From the IMG/VR virus record IMGVR_UViG_3300009176_000004: a stretch of DNA of 64,000 bases; one strand, given 5' to 3'. The position numbers were made by a program, and so were the translations under genes. Below the pieces are notes generated by a model. That model had not been told where the DNA came from, ran no database searches, and saw nothing but the letters and a program-made list of their open reading frames with translations. Origin of the DNA: an uncultured virus (IMG/VR IMGVR_UViG_3300009176_000004). Lineage: Duplodnaviria; Heunggongvirae; Uroviricota; Caudoviricetes. The first letter of the stretch is position 1; each line of letters begins with the position of its first letter. This document shows, one piece after another, positions 30,101 through 38,381 of this stretch.

Positions 30101-31185
30101 TGGCCGGTGAAGAAGTCGACGAGCATCTTCGTCGCGGCGACGAGCCCACTGACGATGGGCGGCAGGGCGTCGACGACTATGAACGTCGCGACCTTCTCGA
30201 ACGTATCTGCGAATGTCGTAGCTCCGCCACCGGCCGTGCTGAAGGCATCGACGAACGCGCTGCCGAACGTCTCCACGAACGCTGTTGCGACAGGAAGGAA
30301 GACGGCCCCGATTTGATTCTTAATCGAGTCGATCTTCATCGAGATCTTGCCCATCGCGTCGTTGAACCGGTCGCCTGCGACGGCGAACTCGGTCGACATG
30401 ATGAGGCCGGACTTCTGTGCTTCTTCGGCCATCCCCTTCATGTCTTCGCGGGTGAGGCCGGCGATCTCTTTGAACTGCTTTCCGAACAGGGCTGCGCCCG
30501 CCGCAGCTCGCTTACCTGCGTCAGGAATCTCGTGCAGCTTCTCGATGATGAACTTGAACGCGTCTTCCGGGCGCATGCTCCGGAGCTCGGTGAAGCTGGA
30601 GCCGATGGCCTTAACGCCGGCGGCTGTCTTCTTTCCGCCCTCAGAGAGGTTCTGTCCGAGCTTTGTAATCGAGCCCGTCATCGTCTCCAGCGGAACGTCT
30701 GTCTGCTGGGAGATGAACTTGAGCTCGCCTATCGCTTCGACCGAGAGTCCTGTCTTATTCGAGAGAGTGAAGAGCTCGTCCCCGGCATCCGCTGCATGCT
30801 GCGTAAGCGACGCTATCGTAGAGACGGTCGTATACGCGGCGACGCCGAGAGCGACAACGCCTGCGGCGACGGCCGCTATGCCCGCCGCTGCCGCTATGCC
30901 GATTGGCCCCATTGAACCGAGCGTACTTACGAGCTTGCCTCCCTTCTCGACGACGCTGCCCATCGCCTCGCCGGCGGGGCCCGCCTGAGAACCGAGTTCC
31001 TTCAGTCCTGTAGCCGCCTCTCGGAACGAGCTCGAGATTCCGGAGCTGATCTTCCCGAGCGTCGCTCCCAGATTTCCGAACTTACTCGAGACAGAGGAGA
31101 TCCCGGCTTCGACGTTCTTAAGCTCAGGAGTGACCTTATTCTCGAGCTGTACGGTTCCGGTTAGCGTTCCGATGCTGACGGCCAT
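27169..31185 (-). CDS. tape measure protein
   Basis: 1338 aa, Ala/Gly-rich, helical; N-terminal 'IGTLTGTVQLE'; C-terminal 'ILHGDEAVVP'; follows tail chaperones. Confidence 0.93.
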   Translation of the reverse strand: MAVSIGTLTGTVQLENKVTPELKNVEAGISSVSSKFGNLGATLGKISSGISSSFREAATGLKELGSQAGPAGEAMGSVVEKGGKLVSTLGSMGPIGIAAAAGIAAVAAGVVALGVAAYTTVSTIASLTQHAADAGDELFTLSNKTGLSVEAIGELKFISQQTDVPLETMTGSITKLGQNLSEGGKKTAAGVKAIGSSFTELRSMRPEDAFKFIIEKLHEIPDAGKRAAAGAALFGKQFKEIAGLTREDMKGMAEEAQKSGLIMSTEFAVAGDRFNDAMGKISMKIDSIKNQIGAVFLPVATAFVETFGSAFVDAFSTAGGGATTFADTFEKVATFIVVDALPPIVSGLVAATKMLVDFFTGHGITAAFILDSFASIVDGVNVVIKAIGLINPTAAAMGAVVEGLAKKAHGIAEGTAAGIAAVRKPIFDTLDAIDKATTTTAKNFPEALVKVKAEVASSAEAMRKAQADAKGFGHALGEAGSAADDAAEKVRKKMEVLSTQIDNARKRGMSLSDQLRIFGTDAIKAADDAEQAGVKIESNVADIATEMQKLVTADYMGKVAVQFQDGVDKIIEAEDKRQQKGLSALLVVATANINYEKSQVDLYRTGTDLQIVEIERKRDAELLALPVVTAANQRELEIRKTQIREAAQWQIDNANGLYHTLNELERASGEQTVADLQETAAKSVLLYEQIRDSGAFSAEAVQRSWEASIQAQAKAVGGLKGDVLSWYAQLGTELSSTLADMATHWNHWKDDLKKIWSDIAGDFTKMLANMLKRFIEGFLMKMLDSITGSRGAFSEAWGSVGSGGGGGGGAGGWGGLIKKGIGLFGGGGAGAIGAVGGTGVEAGIPIFSTAAGLGTPVAGGAAGTFAGTGGGLSGGVAAAGTAATIAGGAVIGGAGFGLGALGQKMFGRGAGSAAFGGASGAATGALIGTMVFPGVGTAIGALIGGLSGVVGGLINFGPSKKEKAARGEVASFQEKAFGGLSDVQKSEAGKAGWSDPQAAGTLIAVRDAYIAIGKSGADAERDVKAMWDAEKKGPEAVLAAMAPMQEALDAYQVSQAKQKEAAEATSAALEAQKTKYTELKDHITTEMKSLSDELDALNKSEAPEEHMGSIEKKSRERIAARQAELDQEMKAAEAQNAQAVDEITKNGQAALDALKQPVKDLGIAAVGPEGLGQMGNYLKNDLVADSRTSFYDIERQYAQGIKIPYRFVQEGDSPPAAPPQETPEGHAVGTFGRFLKFGAGRHVILHGDEAVVPESAKEETAARWLNMGAAAPAAGGSMGGGGNVTNLNVTIQAWDGNDVARVVGSPAFRTSLARQLPLILTDNIESSRTNTRRSLGVS

Positions 31186-31186
31186 C

Positions 31187-31543
31187 TTAGGACTCTTGCA
31201 TGCCCTGACTCATATAGAGCAAGTACCACTCGTAGCCGATGCGCTCCTGCTCCTCCGGCGTCTGCTGTCTCTTCGGCCCGAAGGAGAGTAGGAAGTCCTT
31301 CGTGCTTACAGCGGGGACGTGCTTCCCTCTAAAGATGTTCCGAAGCGTCGCGACGATCATCGCCGAGCGCCAGTCGGCTCGCTGCTCTTCCATCGGCTCG
31401 TACTGGAAGTACTTCTGCCAGTCCATGAACTCCTCGATCGTCATCTCGGAGAGCATCTTCCAGCGCGATGCGTAGCCCAGCTTTACTGCGAGTCGGTGTG
31501 TGAAAAGCCAGAGGGCGTCGGGCTCTTCGGCTCCGGCTTCTCC
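31187..31543 (-). CDS. tail assembly chaperone gpT part (expressed by -1 frameshift)
   Basis: -1 frame after the slippery site is open: KGEAGAEEPDALWLFTHRLAVKLGYASRWKMLSEMTIEEFMDW... Confidence 0.85.
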   Translation of the reverse strand, partial: GEAGAEEPDALWLFTHRLAVKLGYASRWKMLSEMTIEEFMDWQKYFQYEPMEEQRADWRSAMIVATLRNIFRGKHVPAVSTKDFLLSFGPKRQQTPEEQERIGYEWYLLYMSQGMQES

Positions 31544-31944
31544 TTTTTTGGGGCGTAGTCTCCAAGCTTGTTCAGCTTGTTGATCGCTTCGATCACTTCG
31601 TTCACGGCGGAGAGATTCTTCTTCTTCAGGAGGGCGATGCCCCGCTCGTCCTTGAAGACTGGACTCCCGTCTGGCGCGATCGCGGAGCGCGTGATGAGCC
31701 AGAGGTCGACCTCATCCCGCAGCTGGACGTCTGCATCGAAGGCACGGCGCTTCGCCTCGAGTGCCTCCGCCATCGTCAGGGCGCGGAGGCAGATGACACG
31801 ATTGCCCCACGCCTTGATCTCGACTTCCGTCTTCTCGAGGTCGGGGAACCCTGCGATGTCTTCGGCTGTTAGGTAGGATCTGTCCTTACCGGGATTGTCG
31901 TTCGTAGCGGCGACCGTCTCTGCTGCTTCTGCTGCTGTCGTCAT
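31483..31944 (-). CDS. tail assembly chaperone gpG
   Basis: 'LTAEDI...EVEIKAWG..ICLRALT' pattern; lies between major tail gene and tape measure. Confidence 0.85.
   Translation of the reverse strand: MTTAAEAAETVAATNDNPGKDRSYLTAEDIAGFPDLEKTEVEIKAWGNRVICLRALTMAEALEAKRRAFDADVQLRDEVDLWLITRSAIAPDGSPVFKDERGIALLKKKNLSAVNEVIEAINKLNKLGDYAPKKEKPEPKSPTPSGFSHTDSQ
31543..31549 (-). other. -1 programmed ribosomal frameshift slippery site A AAA AAG
   Basis: CCA AAA AAG in frame near the 3' end of the chaperone gene. Confidence 0.85.
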
Positions 31945-31971
31945 GGGTCCTCCTGCCTCAGTTACGAAACG

Positions 31972-31995
31972 AAGGGAGGTCGCCGGACCTCCCTA
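31972..31995 (-). terminator. hairpin terminator after major tail gene
   Basis: AGGGAGGT-cgccgg-ACCTCCCT inverted repeat; weak U-tract. Confidence 0.5.
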
Positions 31996-32007
31996 TCGGT
32001 CTCTTTT

Positions 32008-32544
32008 CTAGCGCAGTGCCTGCCGTACCTCCACGTCGCTTGCGCCTCGCAGCTGTGCGTCGCGACGGTACCGCGCTGCGAGGGACATGACGCCTGACGC
32101 CATGATCCAGTCGTGCTTGCCGGTCGGCCTGATGGTCATCGCGGCAGACAGACGGTCGTCGACAGGTGCGCTCGGCGCCCAGCCGGTAACGAAGCCGCTG
32201 AAGAGCCAGGCGTTGCCTGACGGGTACGTGAGGCGCCAGATGTCGCGCAGCCCCTCGAACCAGCTGAACTGGATGCCGGCCACCTCATCATGCGAAGCGT
32301 GGAACGGCAGGAAGTTCACGTCGACAGACATGTCGCCATGTCGCCTGATGCCGACGATGTACTGGTCGTCGTGGAGGTTGTGCGTGGTCGTCTCGATCGG
32401 GTTCCTTGTGAGCGGCGGCGGCGTGATGTCGCGGAGCTCCGCGACGTCTACGAACGTTACCGCTCCACCGACCGGATCAAAGTCCGGCCAGTTCGGGTCT
32501 GGCGACCGAGCAATGAGCGTGCCTTGGGCGGACATTCCAGGCAT
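32008..32544 (-). CDS. major tail tube protein
   Basis: 'ITPP.LTR..IETT', 'GIR..GDMS', 'FSGFVT...MTIRPTG'. Confidence 0.88.
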   Translation of the reverse strand: MPGMSAQGTLIARSPDPNWPDFDPVGGAVTFVDVAELRDITPPPLTRNPIETTTHNLHDDQYIVGIRRHGDMSVDVNFLPFHASHDEVAGIQFSWFEGLRDIWRLTYPSGNAWLFSGFVTGWAPSAPVDDRLSAAMTIRPTGKHDWIMASGVMSLAARYRRDAQLRGASDVEVRQALR

Positions 32545-32559
32545 GTTCGAGTCTCCTCT

Positions 32560-32970
32560 CTAGAGATCTTGGTTCCTGATGGAAACGAGAGCAAGGTAGG
32601 CTGCCCTCGCCATCGTCCGAGCAGCCACGGTAGTCGACGCCTTGAACACGAGCGACGCGCTCGGCCTTCTATACGCGGGCGTCTCAATGCTATTGTGCGT
32701 GCGCTCCGGTCTCATTCCTCCTGTTTCTGTGATGATGAGGTACGGTCCTTCACCGTCGGGCACAGCGACACCCGCCGAGTCGAATATGTTCGTACCGTAC
32801 GTGCCTAGACCCTTAGCAACGAGCCGTGCGACGAGTTCCTCTATGAACGTGTCATGCGCGCCGTCATGAATCGCTTCGACGTTGAAGAAGAACTGACTCC
32901 TATTATGCGTGTCGAGCACACGCATGTCTGTCGGCTCCTGGACGATCCCGATCTCCCGATACCACGTCAC
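32560..32970 (-). CDS. tail terminator / minor capsid-like protein
   Basis: 'PYLIITETGG..P' and 'YRRPS' motifs, just upstream of tail tube; GTGA overlap start. Confidence 0.7.
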   Translation of the reverse strand: MTWYREIGIVQEPTDMRVLDTHNRSQFFFNVEAIHDGAHDTFIEELVARLVAKGLGTYGTNIFDSAGVAVPDGEGPYLIITETGGMRPERTHNSIETPAYRRPSASLVFKASTTVAARTMARAAYLALVSIRNQDL

Positions 32971-33359
32971 GACGCTGCGCGCTCCAGTGCGCGCTTCGCT
33001 GCGATGCGGTCCATGAGATGTGGGCCGGCTTCCTTCAGAGGCCGCTCTATGTATTTCCAATCACCGATCGGATGGTGTGCGTCAGGATCTTCATGGACAT
33101 AGACGGCGTAGAAGACCGTGTCGTCGCCGGCGAGTATGCTCGCAGAGACGGACGTCTTAGTGATGACTGGACCTTCGACCCGTTCGCTGTTCCGCAGAGC
33201 GCCTGTGTCCATCGGTGTATTCGCAATGACTTCAGGCAGCTCCACGTCTTTCAGTTCGCGGTAGAGATCGTCGCCGAGCAGCTTCGGAAATCCGTCTGCA
33301 GTGCGGCGAAGCCGGGCGATCATCTCGACGTCGCCACTAAGCTTCTTGACGATCGCCAT
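32967..33359 (-). CDS. HK97 gp10-like tail completion protein
   Basis: 'TPMDTGALRNS', 'YAVYVHE', 'KYIERP'. Confidence 0.85.
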   Translation of the reverse strand: MAIVKKLSGDVEMIARLRRTADGFPKLLGDDLYRELKDVELPEVIANTPMDTGALRNSERVEGPVITKTSVSASILAGDDTVFYAVYVHEDPDAHHPIGDWKYIERPLKEAGPHLMDRIAAKRALERAAS

Positions 33360-35421
33360 CCAGGACTCCGTGAAGAACGAATGCGAGCTCCCTACCGACG
33401 GCCGCTCCGATCGTGTCCCAATTGAACTGCTTCTGCTGCGCGAGCTTGAACCCGCGCGACGCATACTCCTCGCGGAAGTGCCTGTCGCGATAGAGCTTAT
33501 GCAGGCCCTCGATGAACGCGCCGCGATCCGGAATCATACCTATGGTATTAATGCCGCCAGTATGAACGAAGATCTCTGTGCAAGGTACGAGGACGGCCGA
33601 GCCAGAGGCCCATTCGCCGAGAGCGGCAAAGTCTCCGCCGAGCTGCGCACGGCGGCAGGCCATTCCTTCGAGCGTCGACAGGCCCCAGCCCTCGCCAACG
33701 GCCGTCGTCGCTCCGATATCGCCTGCGGCATGTGTGAGAACTATCTCGCGCTCGGGAACGCCGTAGCCAGCGTCCGGCTGAGAGGCGATCAGGCGCTTAC
33801 GATCGCCGCGGAAGCCATAGTACTGCATTAGCTGTCGGAGGTCCCAGCCGTGATCTTGCGTCGGCGAGACGTGAGCGTAGAGATACGCGTCTTCTATCTC
33901 GAGCTTATTCACCCAGTCCGCGAAGTAGGAGACCAGAAGGTCAAGCCGCTTGCGCGGCTGGTTCCGGTTGATGATCGTGACAATGAACTTATCCCAGAGC
34001 GACTCCGGAAGGCGTAGCTCTCGACGTGCCTCGAGCTGATCGACTGGCTTGAAGACGTCCGTGTCAACGCCGAGACCGATCACGGTCGACGTACCTCGAT
34101 AACCACCCTTCCGGGCTTCCGCTTCGGCAAAGCGGGTCCAGAAGATGCAGTGGGTTAGTTCGTTTAATGACGTGCCCGAACAATTCCTCGCATCAACGGC
34201 GATAACACCAACTGTAGGGACCTGCACTTTCGCCTGCTTGAGGGCCTCTATGTACGGCGGAATATTCCATGGGTCGTTCTGTATCACGAGCAGGTTGCAC
34301 TTGCTCGCGAGGTCGGGCAAGCGGCGGAGCCCGAAGAAGTCGGAGACCGTCGGGAAGATCGGATACGTGTACTTGTGGGGATCGCCTACATAGTTCAGGC
34401 CGAGCACCGCGACGTCATAGTCCGCCTGCAGCCGATCGCAGATCTCATGCGTCGACTTTGCAAAGCCCGTCGCGACGCCTGCATCTCCTACCCAGAGCAA
34501 GCGCGGCTTGTCGCGGACTGTCACATGTGGAGTCGGCGCGACGCGTTCCCAGAAGGAGCTCGCGAGGTGCTTCCAGCTGAAGAGGGCACGTGCCTGCGCG
34601 ATCTCATCGTCGCTGACAGGACGTGGGCCGGCTTGCAGCAGCTTCGTCAGCGCAGCTACGACCGTTGCGAAGTCACCCTCAGGAACAAACTCGGCGAAGC
34701 CCTCGTACCACCGCCTGTAATGCGGAGCATCGAAGACGATTGGTCTCGCGCCGCAGATAAGTCCCTCCGCCGCAGGGAGCTCGAACCCTTCTACGCGACG
34801 GAGGCCGGCGACGAACTTACACCGGTTATAGAATGCACTGAGTGCGCCGTCCTCAATGCCGAGCGCCTGGTAGACTTCAGGTCCGAAGGCAGTATGACCG
34901 GGACCGAGATGGAACATGCGGCCGTCGATGTTCTTTACGGCGGCAAGACACTCGAATATGGACTCTGTCTCTGCGACGTAGCCAGACGTTGCGAGATCAA
35001 ATGGTCGTTCTTCATCTTGACCACGCCTGAAGCCTGGCGCAACGCCGAGCGGGAGGTGGAGGAAGTTATCGAGTGTTTCTTTGCTCCCGTCCTCTGCGAG
35101 TGCTGCGTTGAGATCGTAGTATGAATAGACCAGCTCTGCTCCACGCCAGAGCGGAAGCCAGTCGAACGTATGCGGCTTGACGGTGGTCCGAAGGCAGTAC
35201 TGTAGGATCGCGTACTTCTGACCACGAGAGCGGACGAGGTCGAATTCAAACTGCTCCCTCTCTGCATGCTCGGCCGTATGTACGGTGTGGAAGACGACGA
35301 GATCTGCTTCGGCAGCATGACGCGTCAGCGAGACATGCGACGGCCGATGGTACTGCAGCGCGCCCGCGACACGGTCCATCGCGCGGGAGAGGTTCGCCGG
35401 AGGTACTATGTACGCCTTCAC
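33337..35421 (-). CDS. double-domain GT-B (GT4-like) glycosyltransferase
   Basis: two ExFx-like E-x7-E motifs, 'EGFELPAAE' and 'EGWGLSTLE'; 'TGFA', 'GVDTDVF.P', 'NRNQPRKR'. Confidence 0.88.
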   Translation of the reverse strand: MKAYIVPPANLSRAMDRVAGALQYHRPSHVSLTRHAAEADLVVFHTVHTAEHAEREQFEFDLVRSRGQKYAILQYCLRTTVKPHTFDWLPLWRGAELVYSYYDLNAALAEDGSKETLDNFLHLPLGVAPGFRRGQDEERPFDLATSGYVAETESIFECLAAVKNIDGRMFHLGPGHTAFGPEVYQALGIEDGALSAFYNRCKFVAGLRRVEGFELPAAEGLICGARPIVFDAPHYRRWYEGFAEFVPEGDFATVVAALTKLLQAGPRPVSDDEIAQARALFSWKHLASSFWERVAPTPHVTVRDKPRLLWVGDAGVATGFAKSTHEICDRLQADYDVAVLGLNYVGDPHKYTYPIFPTVSDFFGLRRLPDLASKCNLLVIQNDPWNIPPYIEALKQAKVQVPTVGVIAVDARNCSGTSLNELTHCIFWTRFAEAEARKGGYRGTSTVIGLGVDTDVFKPVDQLEARRELRLPESLWDKFIVTIINRNQPRKRLDLLVSYFADWVNKLEIEDAYLYAHVSPTQDHGWDLRQLMQYYGFRGDRKRLIASQPDAGYGVPEREIVLTHAAGDIGATTAVGEGWGLSTLEGMACRRAQLGGDFAALGEWASGSAVLVPCTEIFVHTGGINTIGMIPDRGAFIEGLHKLYRDRHFREEYASRGFKLAQQKQFNWDTIGAAVGRELAFVLHGVLDGDRQEA

Positions 35422-35702
35422 GATGCGAGCACCTGGAGATTCGTCAATCGTACACCCATTCGCCTGAGTGCGTCGATGCAGAGCGTCTCAGCAAGTGAAG
35501 CTCTGGCTCTCGACGAATACGTACCGTGAATTTCAAGGGACGGCTCGAGGCCTTGCCTCTGGAGCGATCTAATCCACGCCTTACACCATGGCCCGCTGTT
35601 GCCACGGAGGTGTCCTGCAAGACGCCGATGTGGACTACGCGACATCCCGACATAGCGAACGGCTCCATCACGCGGATCGCGAAGGACGTAGACGCTCGTC
35701 AT
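35418..35702 (-). CDS. GIY-YIG endonuclease
   Basis: 'VYVLRDPRDGAVRYVGMS...RRLAGH...AE..CI...LTN'. Confidence 0.85.
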   Translation of the reverse strand: MTSVYVLRDPRDGAVRYVGMSRSPHRRLAGHLRGNSGPWCKAWIRSLQRQGLEPSLEIHGTYSSRARASLAETLCIDALRRMGVRLTNLQVLAS

Positions 35703-36070
35703 CCGAGAAAGACCTCTCTGTAGTAGGCGGTCCCGGTGACTGGATTCTCCAGGCCCTGTGCAGAGAGAACGGGACGTGTCACGACTTCGCCTGGAAGCTG
35801 GAAGCGGTCCTTCGGACTTACAATGACCGGTCGAGGAAAGAACACGTAGTGCGAACTCATGACCTCTTTCCCGTCTGACGTCTTCACCAGCTGCTGCTTG
35901 GCGATCACGAGAGCCTGTCTGCTTGTTCCGCCTGGAGCCTTCCACGTCGGAGCGCCCGAGCCGCTCTGCGCCAGCCACTCGTAGTGCAGGACCTTCGCCT
36001 GTAAGGTCGATGAGAGTGGATCAGCGACGGCGGCAAGCAGGCTCGAGACGAGATCCGCGAAGCCCGCCAT
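35699..36070 (-). CDS. head closure / head-tail adaptor
   Basis: 'LVKTSDGKEVMS', 'DRFQLP'; position after connector. Confidence 0.7.
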   Translation of the reverse strand: MAGFADLVSSLLAAVADPLSSTLQAKVLHYEWLAQSGSGAPTWKAPGGTSRQALVIAKQQLVKTSDGKEVMSSHYVFFPRPVIVSPKDRFQLPGEVVTRPVLSAQGLENPVTGTAYYREVFLG

Positions 36071-36588
36071 CAGACGACCTCGAAGAGCGGCGTGCCGCTT
36101 TCAGCGGCGGAGACGTTCACGCAGAGCCATGACGGCACGAGCAGGTTCGTCACGGCCTGTGGCAGATAGGAGCCCTTCTCGAGGGACTTCAACAGGAGCT
36201 CCTTGTCCCACTCGAATGTAACGGGCCCGGCAGTCATTCGCGAGAGCCCTTGCCCCAGCGCCTGCAGCTGACCCGTCGGATCTCCTGTCGAAAGAACCAG
36301 AGCGAGTTCCGCCGTCGCGTTCTTCAGCTCCTGCGGAATGATCATCGGATCAATCGGACCGCCATTCCGATTGACCATGCCTGTGCGAGGCCACGTCAGC
36401 GCCTGCGTCTGCGTGGTGGCAGAGCCAGTCCAGCAGAGTACGTTGAGCTGAGACGTTGCCCAGATGAGAGTAGACTCCTCTCCCGAGAATGCGTCGGAGA
36501 AAGGCCTGCCTGCGAAGTAGGCTGCCGCCTCTTCCAACGTCAGGAAGGAGTTTGCGCTTGGATCTGCCGGAGTCGCAATAAGCGGCAT
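36070..36588 (-). CDS. head-tail connector (DnaT-like family)
   Basis: 'ANSFLTLEEAAAYF', 'QALTWPR', 'IPQELKNATAELA'. Confidence 0.85.
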   Translation of the reverse strand: MPLIATPADPSANSFLTLEEAAAYFAGRPFSDAFSGEESTLIWATSQLNVLCWTGSATTQTQALTWPRTGMVNRNGGPIDPMIIPQELKNATAELALVLSTGDPTGQLQALGQGLSRMTAGPVTFEWDKELLLKSLEKGSYLPQAVTNLLVPSWLCVNVSAAESGTPLFEVV

Positions 36589-36599
36589 GCCACACCTCT

Positions 36600-36627
36600 A
36601 GCGAGGAGTCGCCGGACTCCCCGCTTC
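36600..36627 (-). terminator. hairpin after major capsid gene
   Basis: GCGAGGAGTC-gccg-GACTCCCCGC inverted repeat; no clear U-tract. Confidence 0.45.
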
Positions 36628-36638
36628 AGCCTACCGCG

Positions 36639-37856
36639 TTACTTCTTCTCCCGTTCGGCCTTCTCGCGAGCAGCCTTCTCGGCGTCGGCGTGACGCTTCT
36701 CGGCCGCTTCCCTCTCTTCGGGTGAGAGCTCAGGTCCCTTGAGACCGGGTCCCGGAGCGATCGTTCCGCCAGGCTCGCGCGGCGTCTTCTTGCTGCCGTC
36801 CTCTTCGCCCTCGCGGAGCAGCGTTCCCGAAGGAGATCCGACCACGATGCCGGTCTTCCCGTTCGAGTTCACCTTGATGCGGGGAACGACGATCGCCAAG
36901 ACCATCCAGAAGAGCGTGAACCCGTCGAGAGAGGTCCACGGCACGACTGTGGGCTCCTGTCCAATGACGAGATCGAGCACGTCACTCGTCATCTGGACCA
37001 TCGCGATCTTGTCGGTCGGCATCATATCCGCGATGCGGATCGCGATCGGACGCCCACCGAACTGCATCTCCGGCTCCTGGAGGCGAGCGAAGATGCTGCC
37101 GCTCACATTCGTCTTGAAGTCCTCAGCGAGCTTCAGGCCGTACGTGGTCGGGATGTACAGGTTGTACGGACCCCAGAAGCGGTTCGCCTGCTGCGCCGCG
37201 ACCATCGCGAGCACGTCTGCGAGCACCTCGTCGCCCGTGTGACCTGCGACGTTCCACGGCTCACCACCTGCGAAGCCGGTCTTCGTGATGCCCGGCGCAT
37301 TGATGATGCCTGGCACCAGTCCGCCGTTGACCTGCAGAGGAGCGCCACCGGTCGTCGTCGCACCGTTGATGACCGAGTCCTCGATGGCTTCGTTGACCCT
37401 GCGGGTCGCGGATTCAGCCAGCGTCGTGTCGAGAGGCGCGCCGATCCTCTGCGACATGAGCAGCGTCCTGATCCCCATCGAGAAGTCGTCCGTCGTCAGG
37501 TAGATCGGAATCCTGGCCGACGCACGATCCGGCAACTGGAACTCTCCCCTCGCTGACGGATGCATGGTGCGCTGTGCACCACCGGTCTCGGGGATATTGT
37601 CCCACTGCAGTTCCGTCACGCTCATCGCGTTCGGGAGATCGTAAGTGAGCCCAGCGGACATCAAGTCGGACGCGATGACGAGCCGGTCGAGACCGACCCG
37701 CGTCACGGCCGTATCGATGACCCGCTGCGCGTCCTGTGAAAGCGGCGAGAGCGCGCGGAGTGTCTCGACTGACAATCCCGCCCGCAGGAGCGCCTGCTGG
37801 ATATGGTTGGGGGCCTGCGCGTTCGACCCTGCAGCCATGGAGGAACGAATCAACAT
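36639..37856 (-). CDS. major capsid protein (HK97 fold, encapsulin-like)
   Basis: 'IPIY...DFS...R.L..S...GAPLDT', 'GPYNLYIP', 'VVPRIK....GKTGIV'; position after decoration and protease genes. Confidence 0.85.
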   Translation of the reverse strand: MLIRSSMAAGSNAQAPNHIQQALLRAGLSVETLRALSPLSQDAQRVIDTAVTRVGLDRLVIASDLMSAGLTYDLPNAMSVTELQWDNIPETGGAQRTMHPSARGEFQLPDRASARIPIYLTTDDFSMGIRTLLMSQRIGAPLDTTLAESATRRVNEAIEDSVINGATTTGGAPLQVNGGLVPGIINAPGITKTGFAGGEPWNVAGHTGDEVLADVLAMVAAQQANRFWGPYNLYIPTTYGLKLAEDFKTNVSGSIFARLQEPEMQFGGRPIAIRIADMMPTDKIAMVQMTSDVLDLVIGQEPTVVPWTSLDGFTLFWMVLAIVVPRIKVNSNGKTGIVVGSPSGTLLREGEEDGSKKTPREPGGTIAPGPGLKGPELSPEEREAAEKRHADAEKAAREKAEREKK

Positions 37857-37895
37857 GGTAAGGTTCTCCCTGATGGACTGGGCTATAGGGCCGGA

Positions 37896-38336
37896 CTAGA
37901 TCACTTCCGCCCGTGCATACGGCACGGCCGAAGGCGTGTACGCTTCCACGACGTTGAACATGCGCGTTGCTCCCGCGCTCTTCTTCAGCGTGCCGTCGCC
38001 GTTGCTCTCGAGCCCATCGCCGGGAACGAGTGCGGTGCCTGATGCGGTGAGGAGGACGTAGAACGTGGTTCCAGAGCGGCCGATGCCGGCATGGATCAGG
38101 TCCCCGTCCTTGTACGGAACGTCGTACGACTGGTTCAGCTCGGGCTGATTGAGCGCGACGATGCAGGCGCCGCTGCTTCCAGCAGCGGAGTGCGCCCTGA
38201 ACTTCGGCACACCGCCTGCGTTGTAACGCTCCAACAGCATCCCGGGCTTGATGACGCCCGAGCTCGCGATGTCATTGACTTCGGTGATCTCTCCACCGAG
38301 CCAAATCGTGCGCGGGTTGTACTTGGTGATCGCCAT
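37896..38336 (-). CDS. capsid decoration protein
   Basis: 'IKPGMLL', 'GDGLESNGDGTL'; lies between scaffold and capsid genes. Confidence 0.75.
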   Translation of the reverse strand: MAITKYNPRTIWLGGEITEVNDIASSGVIKPGMLLERYNAGGVPKFRAHSAAGSSGACIVALNQPELNQSYDVPYKDGDLIHAGIGRSGTTFYVLLTASGTALVPGDGLESNGDGTLKKSAGATRMFNVVEAYTPSAVPYARAEVI

Positions 38337-38381
38337 GAAACTCTCTCCTTCTCTCGAAAGCGGACGGACAGCTCCCGCGCG

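Noticed and set aside
36070..36588. DnaT primosomal protein
   Set aside because: The DnaT-like family at this position is the head-tail connector
36639..37856. Encapsulin/bacteriocin nanocompartment
   Set aside because: It lies within a complete head morphogenesis operon, so it is the phage capsid
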